Source: Selaginella moellendorffii (taxonomy: Eukaryota > Plantae > Lycopodiophyta). Taken from it: 64,000 nt of DNA. This document shows, in pieces, positions 48,237-59,419 of this stretch; position 1 is the first letter of the stretch; each line of letters opens with the position of its first letter. Both the position numbers and the translations under genes were made by a program. The stretch covers positions 1,470,558-1,534,557 of the forward strand of contig NW_003314295.1 of the NCBI RefSeq assembly GCF_000143415.4, given 5' to 3'. The notes below the pieces were generated by a model that was not told the DNA's origin, did not search any database, and saw nothing but the letters and a program-made list of their open reading frames with translations.

Positions 48237-50144
48237 GAACTGCGTGATTGCTATATTCAAGTTTAATATTTGAAATTTGAAATTTGAAATTGAAATTTAG
48301 GGTTAGCATTTCGAATTTGATTTGAATTTAAAATTTTAAAATATTTTAAAACATGTTTGAATGCTATTTTGAAGACATTTTAAAGTAAGTCAGATGTGAA
48401 GTCACTAGTGTTTTACGTTAAATTTTTACCACAAAAACTTATGCAAGTGGGAATGAAAATGTTTTAAAATGCATACTTAAAGCTTAAAACAACCTAAAAA
48501 CTACTGAAGTGCAAATGCAATAGTCACAAAAATTAAAATACACATTTTAAAATATTTTTATATAAAGCGCAGGTGCGAATGGCATATATCCAATGCCACA
48601 ATCGAAACACTTCCCCAATTTAAGGTCCTCTATTCGTTATGCCTTCTCCTGGGGTGTCATCTCTTTCCACATTGATTGTACAGTAGTGAAATAGTGTGTC
48701 TCTCATGTTAAAGTATAAGTAACAGACATAAATGCAATTGCAAAAATAGTATAATAATGGGGCCTTTCAGCATCTTTTTGGCACCCAATTGGAGATATAT
48801 AAGTAATGATAATTACAATAGTAATTTGCCATTGCAGTTGTTTCCCCTTTCTTGCTAAAATCATCTATTTCTTCCAATGTGTATATAGTGGTAAGTTTGT
48901 TGTAAAAAAGCAACTTTGATTATTTTACAGTAAATAACTTTATGAAATGGACTTATGAAGTTGTTGTTCTCTTCATATAATCAACTTCAAGATTTTTATG
49001 TATTTAGAGTTCTTTAATTCTCCTAGAAAATGTATGTATCATATTTGATCTTCATTGCACTCAAAGCATGTGCTCCACCAGAGGATTTGGAGAGCTACTA
49101 GAAGATCCATAGTGATGCTGAAGCTCTTTGTCACTAGTGAATGCCTGTGCAAAATGCCAAGGTATAACGAAGAGTTACATGGCATTTGATTAAATGCTAC
49201 AGCATGGCACTATGTCTTGTAATTCTTGGGGATGGTCCAAAATTGAGTGAAGCTCATGAATTAACTCAGCTCAAGTCAATGCTAATTAATGTAGTCAACC
49301 ATAATTTTTACAAAGAAATTTCATATTAAAAAAAATATTGAACTCTAAATTTATAAATTTATGGAGAAATTTAAAATTTTTTTAAACTATTAATGGAGAG
49401 AACTTCTAATTTTTAATGCAAGCTATACAATAAAATACTGATTAAGTAGTTTCTTATAATTGTTATTTTCTATATTCACAGTGTTCTAGATAAAATAAGC
49501 TTTTTTGGTCCCAAATAAAAATGGAAATATTGAAGATTGCCATGAACTAAATTTCTATTTTGACATTTTAACATTTTGACATTTCAACAATTCACCACTA
49601 CACATCAAGCAAGAAATATATAGATAATTCAAAATACTTAATTATTCATTCTCTAGTATTTTACAAAGTTGGGAAGCAAGGAAAACCAAAAATCTGTAAG
49701 TAATTCTAGCATAAAGAAATATGATCATATTAATTTTGCTTCACTACCATAATTTTTATATTACATTCCTGGTATTTATTACTCATCTAGGAATATAAAA
49801 ACCATTATCACTATTGATAACAATGCTCATATTACTTCTGAAACAATAATTTAGAGTTGAATATTATAAAAAAAAAAGTAAACTATTTGTTTATTTTTTA
49901 TTTCTCTTTGTATGAGCATAATATATTGTTGTAGTGAATCTCTACAAGGAGTATAAATGTGTAGTATATTCATCTTGTATCATATGGTGTGGATGATCTC
50001 TATGAATTAAAAAGTCAAATTTATATATATTTTTGAGATTGAAAAGTAATATTACAAATGCATATGTAGCTATATAATAATAGCAATTTAATTATGAACT
50101 TGTATCTAACAATAGGTTGTAATTAATATGTACAATTAATATTT

Positions 50145-51135
50145 GGTCTATTGCAATGTAATGAGCTTCCTCATGGAGCTGGGCCAGGAGCCACGGACGA
50201 GCTTGTTGTCCCAAGATTGAGATGAATCCTTAATAAACAATATAGTCATCAAAAAATTCTCATTATTGCACAGTTCAATGAGAGGAACTTTCAAGGGCTT
50301 TTGAAAGCAGTGGCTACTCAAGCAGGAGATTGACAACTCCAATATGATGTGCGTTGAGGCCATGGGCGTTGCAATGCTTTCAATCAGCTGGATCACATCC
50401 TAGCAAACCTTTCGCGCTGGGGTGAGGGTGAACGCGAGCTCGGGCAGGGTGCGCAACTTGGCAACGCTCAGCACTCCCTGCGGTCAGTCATGCCCGACCA
50501 GCGTCCTTCCCATCTTCACGTGCGCTGGGAGACGCAGCAAAACGCGCAGAGATGCCGCTCGCCGCCTCGGCCGTTGGCACCTTCGGTCGAGGGATCTGAC
50601 GTGCGGAGGGGACAGAAGAGCACTGGTGGTGCTAGCAGCAGCAGTGGCGGCGGCGGTGGTTTGTACTGAGGGACGCAGTGAGCTTTGGGACCAGCAGCAG
50701 CATTGATATTGCTCGATGCCTGGTAGGGCGTGGGACTTGGCGATGGTGCGTGTGAGCGTTCCAGCTAAGGACATGATCATGGATGAGCCTGCTCCTGCCG
50801 ATAGTGTGCACATCGATCTCTATTACATCCAATCCCTTATGCTCCGAAACGATGGGAGTTTGCGCTTCAAAGTTGAGACTTGTTTATCCCTCCGCGTAGA
50901 ATTTTTTTCGAACATCAATGACATGAATATTTACACGAAACTATAGTTCTAGCCCATGTTCTCGGTAATGCCGCTGCCGCTCCTGCTGGGCATCCATGAC
51001 ATTACCATAAATCTGGCTGTTCTGTGGACGATAGAAGGCGAGCCCACATCCGGATCTGTGATGTTTACGTGTCTCTGCTTCTCAGTCAAGGAAAAGAAGT
51101 AAAAACCGATTAAGCTTGGGATGTAAGCCTGTTAT
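50145..51135 (+). pseudogene. Relic duplicate of the F-box-like gene 3' end plus a copy of the PFK 3' end (50945-51135)
   Basis: 50945-51135 matches 52577-52940 with deletions; KDMIMDEP...LRNDGSLRF resembles YDMVVDP...FKRESDIRF. Confidence 0.55.
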
Positions 51136-51207
51136 TAACAGCCAATCGCACAGACCAATATCCTTGAGCGCTCTACCTTTTCATTCCATAAGGGTTTTAG
51201 TGTTAAC

Positions 51208-52519
51208 ATGAGGAACAGCGTGGAAGCTCGCTGGTGCTAATCTTCTCAAAGGTGGGAGACGCTCAGCAGATTGCGCAGTGCTCGCTGGTGTGCAAGCGAT
51301 GGTGGGAGCTGCACTGGGAAGTCACTTGCCTTCCACTTTAATATCAGGGCGAGGACCAAGGCGAGTTGCGAGAGAGAGAAGACGCCATCGTTGCCGTGCT
51401 CCAGCGCATCCACATGAAGGCCCCCGGCTGTCTTAAGGAGCTCAGTGTCTCGCTCTCTTGCGAAAGTGAAGTACTGGACGACGCCACTGGCCACTGATTC
51501 TCTCAGGGCAGTGATGGGCCAGACGCTGCACTTGGGATCAGCCGTGTGGAGCTGCATCTTACGCTCCCCAACACTCCAGTCCCTCACGATCGATGGAGGC
51601 TTCTCCAGCGTGCTGCCTCGCGATCACTCGCCCTTTCGGAGCTTGCGGACTTGCTTGTTACACCGGGCGACCAATTTCTCTGCGGTGCAGATCGAGGCGC
51701 TCGTTGCATGCTCCCCGGTTCTGGAAACTTTGAGAATAACGTGTCTCACAGAGGCTTGTGACGCTGTCCAGCTCCAATCTCACAAACTTGGTGTTCCTGG
51801 GTGAGCCCAAGGGGAACTGGGACAAGGTTTTCGAAGTTGTTATCAACGCTCCAAACTTAGAGGCCTTGCATGTTGAAATGTTCCAGCCGGGAACAGACGT
51901 TCGCATCATGCACCCAGAGGATACCTTGATCAGGCTTGTTCTCTATGGTCCGTGCATACTTCACAAGGAGTGTGGGATGATCCTGAGAAAATATGCAGCA
52001 TTTTGAAGCACACACCCGTGATCATGAAGCTCCGTTTGGAGATGTTTGTAGTCCCTGCCCTGGATGTCGGCCACCTTTGGCTCGGCTCTCCAGCTTGAGA
52101 GATCTGCATTTTGATGCCTTTTCTCTACGAGTAAGCTTGATTTCTCTCGTTTTGCTTTCTATAAATTTGCTTTGCTTCAGCATGGCCTCAAAGAACTATC
52201 TGATCACAGGGACTGCAGATTTGAGGCGCTCACTGTGCATGTCTGGGTGAGCAGCAGTTTTATATCCGATCAGATTCTCAAGATGTTGCTCGACGTTCAT
52301 CAGGTTCGAATGGTTGAGGTGCATCATGACTACGATATGGTGGTGGATCCAGCGACGGGGTCCATGCACCCGGATTACCAGGGGTGGCGTTTGTTGTGCA
52401 ACTTGATCCCGTGCTATCCCGATCGCATCTTGTTCAAGCGAGAGAGTGATATAAGGTTTCCCTTCATAGAATGGTGTGCGCATCAATCCAGGCGATGGAG
52501 CTTGTTGAAACACGTCTAA
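51208..52519 (+). pseudogene. F-box/LRR-like gene, frameshifted
   Basis: F-box motif LVLIFSKVGDAQQIAQCSLVCKRW at ~51231-51303; LRR-like segments (SPTLQSLTI, FRSLRTCLL, SPVLETLRI, APNLEALHV) spread over different frames. Confidence 0.7.
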
Positions 52520-52583
52520 GTAACATCCATATTTGCTTAAAACTTACATCCAAGAACACGAATATTTACACCGAAGTATAGTT

Positions 52584-55082
52584 CTAGCCCAAGTTCTCGG
52601 TAACGCCGCTCAAACCGACCCCCCTGGGGATTCCATTCTCGGGTGTTGCCGTGTGCTCGCCACCAACAGTGCCGATCGACGCTGGCGGGGACTCAGCCGG
52701 AGTCGACGCCGCTTCTTTCTTTCTCTTGGCGTCCATGACTTTATCGTATTTGAGGAAATCTGGCTGGTTTGTGGACGACAGAAGGCGAGCCCACATCCGA
52801 TCTGTGATGTTTACGTGTCTCTGCTTCTCAGTCACCCTCTGATCCAAAGGAAAAGAAGAAAAAACCGATTGCTAAACAGAGGAAGACGAGGAATCTCGAG
52901 GAAAGCTTACGTGAATTGGGATGTAAGCATGCCTGTTGTTTACAGGACCAACGGTGAAGCCAGTGTAGCCAGCCATTGCTCCGTGGATCGCACTGTGAGC
53001 GAGTAGAGTGCAGTAGACATTGTCCGAGGCGTTGCTCCGGATTGCTCGGATCATATACGTTGGATCTGAAAATCAAAAGTTGAGAGAAAAGAAAAGGCAA
53101 GAAAAACACGTAGGCACTGACCAATGTACTTGAGGTTGATGATCTCCTTCTTCTCGGTGAAGTGGTCCTGTTTTTACAAGTTGAGTTGAGCACGAAACGA
53201 AAGCCCTTTTCCCAGAACTTACCTTGAGCTTTGAGCAAAGCCACTGACCAACATCCATCAAAAGTTTGTTCCCAGACGCGTCTAGTCCGCCCGTCTCTTT
53301 GAAACTCTGGGCCATTAGCTCTTGCCCTGCGCCTTCAGCGACGACGAGAACCAGGTGGCCATTCTCCCTGAGCCGCTTCTCTACGAAACTGTAAAGTCCT
53401 CCTTTGCCTTCCAGGTAGAATGGCACTTCAGGTATCAAGCAGCAGTCCTGTATATAACACAAGCGAGGAATAAAAACTCGGAGGAAGCATTGACAGACAA
53501 TAACCATACCACGTCACGGCTCGCCAGAGTTGCGTACATCGCAATGTATCCTGTCACGTATCCAAAGAATCATAGTCAATACTTACAGTCGAAAATTGCA
53601 ATGTTCCCTACCAGTATAGCGACCCATGAGCTTGACCAGGCCAACACCATTCTCAGCACTCTCAGCTTCAGTGTGCGCGGCATCAATTGCGCGCTGCGCT
53701 TCCTCCACCGCCGAGTCAAACCCAAACGACTTGTCTATAACCTGAAACACTGTCCTCGCTAAGTACCACCGACAGAAACTTCGTCGAGTTCTTACCGCGA
53801 TATCGTTGTCTATGGTTTTTGGAATGCCAGCCACGGCAACTTTAACTCCTCTCTTACGAATTTCCTGGAACAGCAAAAATATTTTATCAGACCAACAGCC
53901 TGACAAAAACTAAACTCACTTCGTAGATAGCATTCACTCCTTTCTGTGTGCCATCTCCACCGATAATGTAAACCTTGCGAAAAAAAAGCACCAAATAGGT
54001 AGTAAGCACATCATTCCGACTTAACTTTCCACCTGGCTATACCTGATTGATGCCTCGATCCACGATGCTGCTCACAATCTTGTTGATATCACTTCCACCT
54101 CGTGACGTTCCAAGTATGGTGCCACCGCGTTTGTGTATATCATTCACAACCTTGGGGTTCAGCGGCCTCGTGTTTCGGGAATAAAATCCCTTGTAGCCTG
54201 CCTGAAGTTGCAACATGTAAGTTACTGCCGCTGCTTCATCAGCAAACTCGTACCTCAATTCCCAGGATGTCTCGAACACCATACTGAGTCCAAAGTCCAC
54301 AGACGATCTCACGGATGACTGTATTAAGTCCGGGACACAGGCCTCCGCAAGTAACAATGCAAGCTCGGACCTCGTCGGCTTTGAAATAGATCTGCCAAGA
54401 GCGTAAGTTTGTAGATCACAAAGAGTTTCAAGACTATTACCTACCTGTTCACGAGGACCAGCACGCCGGAAGTGAATGCCTTCTCCTGGTGTTTTGAGCG
54501 TGACAACAATCTGGATAAACACAGAAGCAAGTCGGGGCAATGATCGACCAAGAGAAACCAAAGAAAACTCACATCTTTGGCGACCATGGCGTCCTCGTCC
54601 ACAAAGTATTGCTTGACCGCCACATACGCTGGATTGTGCTTTAGAGGATTCGCATACGTCTGCCAAGGAAGAAGAAAACAACGTTCGTCGATCCAGGTTC
54701 CCGAGGATCCGATAGAAAAACTCACCGGAAGGTCCGGCAGCCAGTCGGTGACGTGAGGCACGTCCTCCAGCACCGCTCCATTGGCTCCGTTAACCAGCTT
54801 CACATCCGAAGAAGGATTTGACGAAGCCGAATCCATCGAAGGCGACGAATTCGACGAAGAGTTCTTCGACGCCGACACGGGCTTCCTCCTCCTGTGTCTT
54901 ACAAGCCCCGGAGACGAAAGCCTCAGCCTTCTGGAATGACCTCCAGCCCGGAAAGAAGAAGAAGAAGAAGAATGAGAACAATGGACTCTACTGCTGCTGC
55001 CCAAACTTTTCCTGTGCTCCAATCGATCCACCAATTCCGACCCCTGAGCCGGGCCACTGCATCCCAGATGCATCGCAGCCAT
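52584..55082 (-). CDS. PFK: ATP-dependent 6-phosphofructokinase with an N-terminal Ser/Arg-rich (probable plastid) transit peptide, multi-exon
   Basis: [92 protein letters not shown]. Confidence 0.95.
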
Positions 55083-55274
55083 CGAGCTAGACTTTCTCAA
55101 ACAGGAAAGCTTCGCTGCTGCTGCTGCTGTGCTGCGTGGGTTTTAGCTCGATTGGATCTACGGACCAAAGTGGCGACCGCCACGTGCCCCAGAATATTCC
55201 CCATGCCCGCGAATATCCCCCACCTGTCCTTTTTCCCTGTTTTGCCCTAACCACCGTTTCTTAGCCACCGTTTT

Positions 55275-57476
55275 TTAGGGTTCTTGGGCAGCAGCGTAAA
55301 TGTTGGCCATGAGAACGCATGGGACGTCGCCGCGATCGCTGCCCAGCTTCTCGAATGCGAGCTTCCCAACCTCCACATTCCTCCACTTCGCGCTCGCGCC
55401 CAGCAGCGTCTTCCAAGTCACTGGGTTGGCGACGAACGGCATGCTCCTGGCCATGGCCACCGCCTCGTCCAGGAGATTGGCCCTCCCCAGCGCGTCCACC
55501 ACGCAGTGGTAGTGCTCGATCTCCGGGGCGATGCCGTAGCGCTCTCGCATCGCCCGGAAGAGCCCGCGGCATTGCTCCACCATCCCTGCGTGGCTGCAAG
55601 CCGTGAGGATGGAGAGGAAGATCACTCGGTTTGGATGGATACCTTCGTCGCGCATCGTTCCAAACAGCTCCAGCGCGCGATCCGTGTCCCCCTGGCGAGC
55701 GTATCCCGCGAGGATCGCCCCCCAAGTCACCGAGTTCCGGCTCTCCGGCTCCAGCGACGCGAAGATCATCTCCGCCTCCGCCATGGCTCCACACTTCGCG
55801 TAGAAGGCGACGAGGCTGTTTGCGACGAACTGGTGGTGCTCGAGCTTGTACCGGCAGATCTGCGCGTGGATGTTCTTGCCGGAGTCGAGAGCCGCCGTGT
55901 TGCTGCACGCCACCAAGGTGGCGACGAAGGTCTGAGGATTTGGAGCGCAACCGCGACGCTGCATTTGCTGGAAGAGATCGAGAGCGAGCTTTCCATGGCC
56001 GTTTTCTGCGTAGCCGAGTATGAGAGAAGTCCAAGAAACCACGTCGTGATTTACCATCCGATCGAAGGCTCGCTGAGCGTCCAGCATGCTTCCACACTTG
56101 GCGTACATCTCCACCACCGCGCTGGCCAGGAACAAGTCGGAAGAAAGATCAAAGCCAGCGTAACATGCTGCTTGAGAGTGGATCGCCATCCCCCTGTCAA
56201 GGCAGCTCAGTTTCGCAAGATCTGATCCAGGGTCGAGCTCCTTGCCTTGTTTCGCAGCCATAGTCGCACAGGCCGATAGCGCGGCAATGAAAGTCCGGGA
56301 GTTTGGAAGGCAGGCGCTGGAATCTCGCAGGAACTCGAACAGCTCTAGCGCAAGCTCGCTCTCGGAATTCTTTACGTGACCGAGTATCAAACTCGTCCAG
56401 GAAACCACGTCGTGGCAAGGCATCCTGTCAAAAACACATCGAGAATCCATCACGCTCCCACTCTCGGCATACAAATCCACGAGAATACTTGCCAGGCACG
56501 TCTGCGACTCGAATCCACTCCTCGCAGCATCGGCATGGATCTCCATACACTTCTCCAGACTCCCCAGCTTCACAAGAACGCCATCGATTTCTCTGTGCTC
56601 TTCGCTCTCTGCCAAGCCAAAACAAGCCATTAGCGCTGCCACAAAAGTTCTAGCGTTTGCTTCGCAGCAGCCTCTAGAAGTTCTTACGTGAGTGAAGATC
56701 TCGAGAGCTAGATCGTTGTCCCCGTTTGCTCCATATCCCACGATGAGAGAGTTCCAGGAAACCATGTCATGCCAAGGCATGGTATCGAAAGCCAAGCGAG
56801 CATCCACCATGCTTCCACACTTGGCATACAAATTCACCAAAGCATTCCCCACAAAAGTGTCTGAGAGGGAGCCCGTGATCTTAGCTCGAGCATGGATTTC
56901 CATTCCCTTCTCCAGGATGTAGCTCCTGTGTTCCTCGTTCTTGGAAATCTTCGCTGCCATCGCCGTGCAAGCCATGAGAGCAGCGAGATAGGTTCTAGCG
57001 TTTGCCTCGCACCCCTCACGCAGCATCCGCTGGAACGATCCAAAAGCCTGCTCGAAATCCCCATTCTCTACATACCCCATGATCAAGGAATTCCACGACA
57101 CAGTGCTGTGCCGCGGCATTCGATCGAACACCGCGTAGCTCTCGGCCATGGCCCTGCATTTCGTGAAGGCATTGACGGCGCTGTTGGCGACGAAGAGATT
57201 CGAGTAGAGGCCGGTCTCCACGGCATCGCGGTGGATCCTCCGGCAGCTCTCCAAATCCCCGGACGGAACACATGCCCTGAGCGCGATGAGGATCAAATGC
57301 GCCAGCGCAGCGTGCCCTGGCTGCTCGATCAATGAATGTTGTGATACGAACCTGAAAATCCTGCGAGCCTGATACATACATTTTCTAGTTCTAGGAGAAT
57401 CCAAGAACCCTAATCTGGAAACCCTAATATACAAAAGGTAAAAGTTCATTAAGACTTCCAAAGCTTTCCACAACAA
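55275..57476 (-). CDS. PLS-class pentatricopeptide repeat protein with a truncated E-like tail and no DYW domain (likely start ATG 57379)
   Basis: Repeated motifs such as VSWNSLI.GY..NG, LV..YAKCGSM.DA..FD.M, ILTACSHAG and HYHCVVDALGRA; single exon. Confidence 0.93.
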   Translation of the reverse strand: MLWKALEVLMNFYLLYIRVSRLGFLDSPRTRKCMYQARRIFRFVSQHSLIEQPGHAALAHLILIALRACVPSGDLESCRRIHRDAVETGLYSNLFVANSAVNAFTKCRAMAESYAVFDRMPRHSTVSWNSLIMGYVENGDFEQAFGSFQRMLREGCEANARTYLAALMACTAMAAKISKNEEHRSYILEKGMEIHARAKITGSLSDTFVGNALVNLYAKCGSMVDARLAFDTMPWHDMVSWNSLIVGYGANGDNDLALEIFTHVRTSRGCCEANARTFVAALMACFGLAESEEHREIDGVLVKLGSLEKCMEIHADAARSGFESQTCLASILVDLYAESGSVMDSRCVFDRMPCHDVVSWTSLILGHVKNSESELALELFEFLRDSSACLPNSRTFIAALSACATMAAKQGKELDPGSDLAKLSCLDRGMAIHSQAACYAGFDLSSDLFLASAVVEMYAKCGSMLDAQRAFDRMVNHDVVSWTSLILGYAENGHGKLALDLFQQMQRRGCAPNPQTFVATLVACSNTAALDSGKNIHAQICRYKLEHHQFVANSLVAFYAKCGAMAEAEMIFASLEPESRNSVTWGAILAGYARQGDTDRALELFGTMRDEGIHPNRVIFLSILTACSHAGMVEQCRGLFRAMRERYGIAPEIEHYHCVVDALGRANLLDEAVAMARSMPFVANPVTWKTLLGASAKWRNVEVGKLAFEKLGSDRGDVPCVLMANIYAAAQEP

Positions 57477-57569
57477 ACAATAATACCTATGCTCATCTAT
57501 GTTTCTTCATAAACTATGGCAAAGAAACTGCTGTATATTACAGCTTGTTTGCTAATCACTTCACGTTTT

Positions 57570-58960
57570 AAGAAATGGTGTTTTAGAAGAGCATGATATG
57601 TGTTTTTTTTCTTGAGTTGCAAACCCAGATCAAAACCAGTTCTTGAGATGCAAACCCAGATCAAAACCAGCATTTTCTGCTTGAGGATTCAGTTTCGCGA
57701 GATTTCTAGGGTCAAGCTTCACTCACATAAGCTGGGAAGCAAACGTTAGAACTTCTGTCACAGCGCTTTGGCTTGGCTGAATCAAGAGCATATAAATCTA
57801 AAAGAATACTTGCCAGGCACATCTGCAACTCAATTTCATGATCTTTGTACACTTACAGGCTCTCCACCCTCATCGATTTCTATATGCTGAGTGGGCATGA
57901 TGGGTTCTTGATGTATTTTTGACAGGATGTCTTGCCATGACTTGGTCTTCTGGACGAGTTTCATATTTGGTCACGTGAAAAACTTTGAGAATGAGCTTGC
58001 TCTAGAGGTGCTTGAGTTCATGCACGAGTCTGGTGCCTGCCTTTCAAATTCTCATGGATTTCATTGCTGCACTATTGGTCTGTGGAATGATGAGAGCTAT
58101 ATTGCTGTCTTATTTGCTCTAAGAGCTTTCTAGTGATGCCAAGGTGGTATTAAAAACCAAGTGAGCATTCATTATGCTTTTGCACTTGGCATTCAAATTT
58201 AAAAGTATTCTCCATAGCTTGAGCATGTATTTCCATTTCCTTCTACAGGATATCACTCTTGTGTACCTTTGCCTCATACACCTTTAACCCTCCAAGTGTT
58301 AAAATTATAAAGCTAAATCTGAAAATCTCATCATCTCTACTATATATTTCAGCTTGTTTGTTTCACTTCATTCTAGGAAGAAATGGAGTTTTCTAAAAGC
58401 ATGATATGTGTTTTTCTGGTGATTTTTACTCTAGTTGCAAATTCTAAAGATGCAAACTTAGAAATTATACCCAGCAAGAAAGCTCTATGAAAGTTCCTAT
58501 AATAACAGGTTGCTCATGTTCTATATTTTATTGTCTTGATCCATACATAACATGCAATTGTACCTCTAAGAAATAAATGTTATTTATTACTATTAACTAC
58601 ATTCATAAAGCTAATAAATTTTTTTTGCAATTCTTAAACTTGGTCAATCTCTCAAGCTAGATGGTTAATGGAGTGGCCCAATGCTCCAGTTTCAATAACA
58701 GCCACTACACATCCATAAGCAGCCTCAATGACAAAGGATTAGTAATATCAACTCCAGCCATATCGCTCTCTATCAAATGCCTAAATCTTGAGAAGGCGTT
58801 CAAGTTGTAGCTCCAAATCACTAACACCAATATCCAGCTATAGAAAATTCCCTTTTGCAGGCAAGAGTAAGGAAATATGATTAGCCACTCAGATGACCAT
58901 GGCAAGTAAGATCTAGTTATATGTCATCCATCCCAGGCAAATATTGGAGGAGGAGTATAC
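57570..58960. pseudogene. Mosaic of decayed fragments of neighbouring genes (Cys-peptide, PPR, DUF7796-like)
   Basis: 57574-57660 and 58382-58570 resemble the peptide gene; 57690-58260 resembles PPR pieces in both orientations (SCHDLVFWTSFIFGHVKNFENELALE); 58720-58860 resembles 39958-40137. Confidence 0.7.
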
Positions 58961-59419
58961 TCGTATGCCTATGTGGACAGCTAATGGTAGTGTAGATCTT
59001 TGATCAAAACCAATAACCCAAGATTGACTCTTGCAAGCAAGTTCAAGTGAGCCTTTTTATATTAATCAATTCACAAAGCACTCTTTTATTTTTGTCTTTT
59101 GGCACTCTTTTGCTTCACACTCGTCGTTGGCTACTAGAATATCATTACAAGACACAAATATGATTGTAGTGTTATAGGGGTATAACCTCACTATAGACTC
59201 AAAATCCCATAGAAAGACACTTGAAAAATACCATTGAAAAATGCATTCTATCATCCAATTTCACACTCTAAATATATCTAAGAATATCCCTAGAATCATA
59301 CCCATGCTCTACAGAGGATTACCCTCACCGAGAACCTATGGTCTACAAGTTGGAAAGGAATGGCATAAGTTTTACATGGTAATAAAGAAATGATGGATGG
59401 ATGATGAGGGAAATGGGGT

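Larger units (their letters stand above)
44897..48583 (+). mobile_element. PIF/Harbinger DNA transposon (decayed)
   Basis: TIRs gcaccattcgcacctgctctttat / ataaagcgcaggtgcgaatggc; absent from duplicate unit 1 (empty site ggctaCTAtgtatcc); carries Myb/SANT and DDE ORFs. Confidence 0.9.
40169..49158. repeat. Tandem segmental duplication of about 2.6 kb (unit 1 ~40169-42798; unit 2 ~42799-49158, interrupted by the Harbinger)
   Basis: Near-identical blocks; junction gcaaaatgCCAgggaatggggc with CCA microhomology; creates a 5'-truncated copy (42799-43173) of the DUF7796-like gene. Confidence 0.9.

Noticed and set aside
55275-55450. DYW deaminase domain in the PPR gene
   Set aside because: The ORF stops shortly after the E-like motif; there is no HxE/CxxC/DYW signature.
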